From the IMG/VR virus record IMGVR_UViG_3300029468_000001: 64,000 nucleotides of DNA; one strand, 5' to 3'. This document shows positions 62,234 to 64,000 of the stretch, piece by piece (the first letter of the stretch is position 1; every line of letters starts with the position of its first letter). The notes under the pieces were generated by a model. That model did no database searches and was not told the origin of the DNA. It saw only the letters and a list, made by a program, of their open reading frames with translations. A program made the position numbers and the translations under genes. The stretch is from a virus. Its lineage: Duplodnaviria > Heunggongvirae > Uroviricota > Caudoviricetes.

Positions 62234-63025
62234 ATGAAAGGATTTTCAGATTATGATTATCTCTGTGATGAACCTTATTTTTATGAAGGTATAGGTCATG
62301 TCAAATGTCCTACTCTTAGGGACATAAGACGTATAACCTATGGACAATTCAATATTTTTCTCTCTTATATTTCTATTACTCAGAAACAATTTCTTGAAAC
62401 ATTTGGTCTTACTGAAAAATTCAATTCCCTCAGTGATGAAGAAAAAGAAAAAAATACTATTTACAATTTACTTACATTCGGAATGAAGCGTGCAGATTTT
62501 CTTGCCTACATGATTAGTTTCTTTGTTGTAGATGATTTTCAGTATAATCCAGAACAGAATGCTTTTATCATTGGCACTTATAAGAAAGATGATGATGGGA
62601 AGGAAATCTTTAACGAAATAGGGAAAATTGATAACAGTAATTTTGATGAATTTCGTGCGTTTCTGCAAGTTATATTAGGGATTAAATCTGAGAAAGAAGT
62701 TGAAAAACCTAAATATAAAAATAAGTTAGCTCAACGGATTGCTGAGAAATTAGCAAAACATAAGAGTGAACAAAAAGAAAAACAAACATCTGCGGATGAT
62801 GATTATACATTACCAAATATGATTGTAAAATATTGTACTCATAACAAGGTGGGAATCAATATATTAAATGTTTGGAATATGACATATTATCAATTCATGA
62901 AGATGTTTTTAGAATATAGAGTGGGAAGACAAGCAGATATAAATGATATGATGGCTGCTAATTCATTCTCATTCAAAAACTCTAAGGACTATAAACCTAT
63001 GGAGTATATGAACAAAATTAAATAA
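62234..63025 (+). CDS. hypothetical morphogenesis protein
   Basis: Conserved-looking VWNMTYYQF; synteny. Confidence 0.55.
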   Translation: MKGFSDYDYLCDEPYFYEGIGHVKCPTLRDIRRITYGQFNIFLSYISITQKQFLETFGLTEKFNSLSDEEKEKNTIYNLLTFGMKRADFLAYMISFFVVDDFQYNPEQNAFIIGTYKKDDDGKEIFNEIGKIDNSNFDEFRAFLQVILGIKSEKEVEKPKYKNKLAQRIAEKLAKHKSEQKEKQTSADDDYTLPNMIVKYCTHNKVGINILNVWNMTYYQFMKMFLEYRVGRQADINDMMAANSFSFKNSKDYKPMEYMNKIK

Positions 63026-63100
63026 TGAAAACTATTAATTAAAAGTCGCTGAGATTTCAGTGGCTTATTTTATTTTTTAAGAAAATGGAGGAAAAATATT

Positions 63101-63832
63101 ATGGCTAAAGAGCTTAATATGGCAAACCGTCAGTGTTGCGATCTTGACATTAGAGATTATAAAACTAAAGCACCTTGGATGTTTGCAGATTTCTGTAATA
63201 CTACTACTGCTAACATTTCTGCTGATGCTGTATATGCAAATAAGAAAGGTGCTAAATGCATCAAATTTGATAATCCACTAGAAGGTACTATTACTATGGA
63301 ATTTCAGGTATCTCCATTCAGAATTTATGCAATGCTTTCTGATGGTGAAATTGAAACATCTGCTGTAATCGCACGTAGAGAAAGTGTAACAGGTGAAGCT
63401 AGCGGAGTACTTAATCTTACAAAGACCCCTGTACCAGGAAGTGTATTTGCAATTGATCCAACTACAGGTAAAACAATTGAAGGTACAGTTGCAGACAAGA
63501 AATTTACAGCAAAAACAACATCTGATATTGTAGCAGATACTACATATGAAGTAGCTTACCTTGAATCCAAAGCTACTGGTATTAAGAAAATCACATTTAA
63601 TAATAAGAAACTTCCAAAAGATTTCTTTATTCAAATGTCTACTCTTAATAAAGATGAGAATGGTGATCAAGTACCTATGAGACTGACAGCTTATAAAGCT
63701 TCTCCACAAAGAAACTTTGAAATTTCTTTTGCGTCTGATGGAGATCCTTCCAGCGTAACACTAACTTGTGATCTACTTGAAGATCATGATGGAAATGTTC
63801 TTGATATGATTGAGATTACATCTGAGGAATAA
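63101..63832 (+). CDS. major tail tube protein
   Basis: Beta-rich; GDPSSVTLTCD C-terminal motif; flanking hairpins. Confidence 0.7.
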   Translation: MAKELNMANRQCCDLDIRDYKTKAPWMFADFCNTTTANISADAVYANKKGAKCIKFDNPLEGTITMEFQVSPFRIYAMLSDGEIETSAVIARRESVTGEASGVLNLTKTPVPGSVFAIDPTTGKTIEGTVADKKFTAKTTSDIVADTTYEVAYLESKATGIKKITFNNKKLPKDFFIQMSTLNKDENGDQVPMRLTAYKASPQRNFEISFASDGDPSSVTLTCDLLEDHDGNVLDMIEITSEE

Positions 63833-63895
63833 ATTTATTTTTATAGTAGGATGATAAAACATCATCCTACTATATTTATTAAAAGGAGTTAAATA

Positions 63896-64000
63896 TTGAG
63901 TAATCAAAAAATAATGCCTAAATTCAAATTAGAAGTTGGAGCATTCTTAGTTTCTGATAAAAGGCAACTTAAAATTATTGATCGTGAATACAGACCAAAA
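63896..64000 (+). CDS. ORF truncated by the window end
   Basis: AAAGGAG RBS then TTG; open to the end. Confidence 0.5.
   Translation, partial: MSNQKIMPKFKLEVGAFLVSDKRQLKIIDREYRPK

Larger units (their letters stand above)
1..64000. mobile_element. SPbeta-like large temperate phage/prophage segment (both ends outside the window)
   Basis: YonO-like RNAP, HU, PhoH, antirepressors and a terminase-portal-scaffold-capsid-tail tube block in SPbeta-like order; no host housekeeping genes seen. Confidence 0.88.

Overview
Low-GC segment of a large SPbeta-like temperate phage or prophage of a Firmicute, probably with a clostridial/Lachnospiraceae-type host (inferred). The left arm (1-21.4 kb) is a minus-strand run of many small accessory genes plus a tyrosine recombinase, two RHH/antirepressor modules, a MazF-like gene, an Xre repressor and a solo TnpB (IS200/IS605) element. 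About 21.4-25.5 kb is a largely non-coding divergent control region with mirror-image GT/CA skew. The right arm (+ strand) carries ParB-like and replication genes, a YonO-like single-subunit RNA polymerase, a candidate ~500-nt ncRNA, two tRNAs, PhoH, homing endonucleases, HU, a second tyrosine recombinase, an IS110 element and the terminase-portal-capsid-neck-tail tube module. Main observations: (1) about 20 copies of a 16-bp palindromic T(G/A)AAA-N6-TTTCA site separate the small left-arm genes, suggesting an integron-like gene-cassette array; (2) an IS110 whose predicted bridge RNA is programmed for the Shine-Dalgarno consensus and which sits in the SD of the terminase operon; (3) a TnpB element inserted in a repeated phage leader motif, so its TAM and guide seed match three other phage loci; (4) a large structured ncRNA with an 8-nt periodic repeat beside a coiled-coil gene. 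All product calls come from motif recognition and synteny, not database searches.
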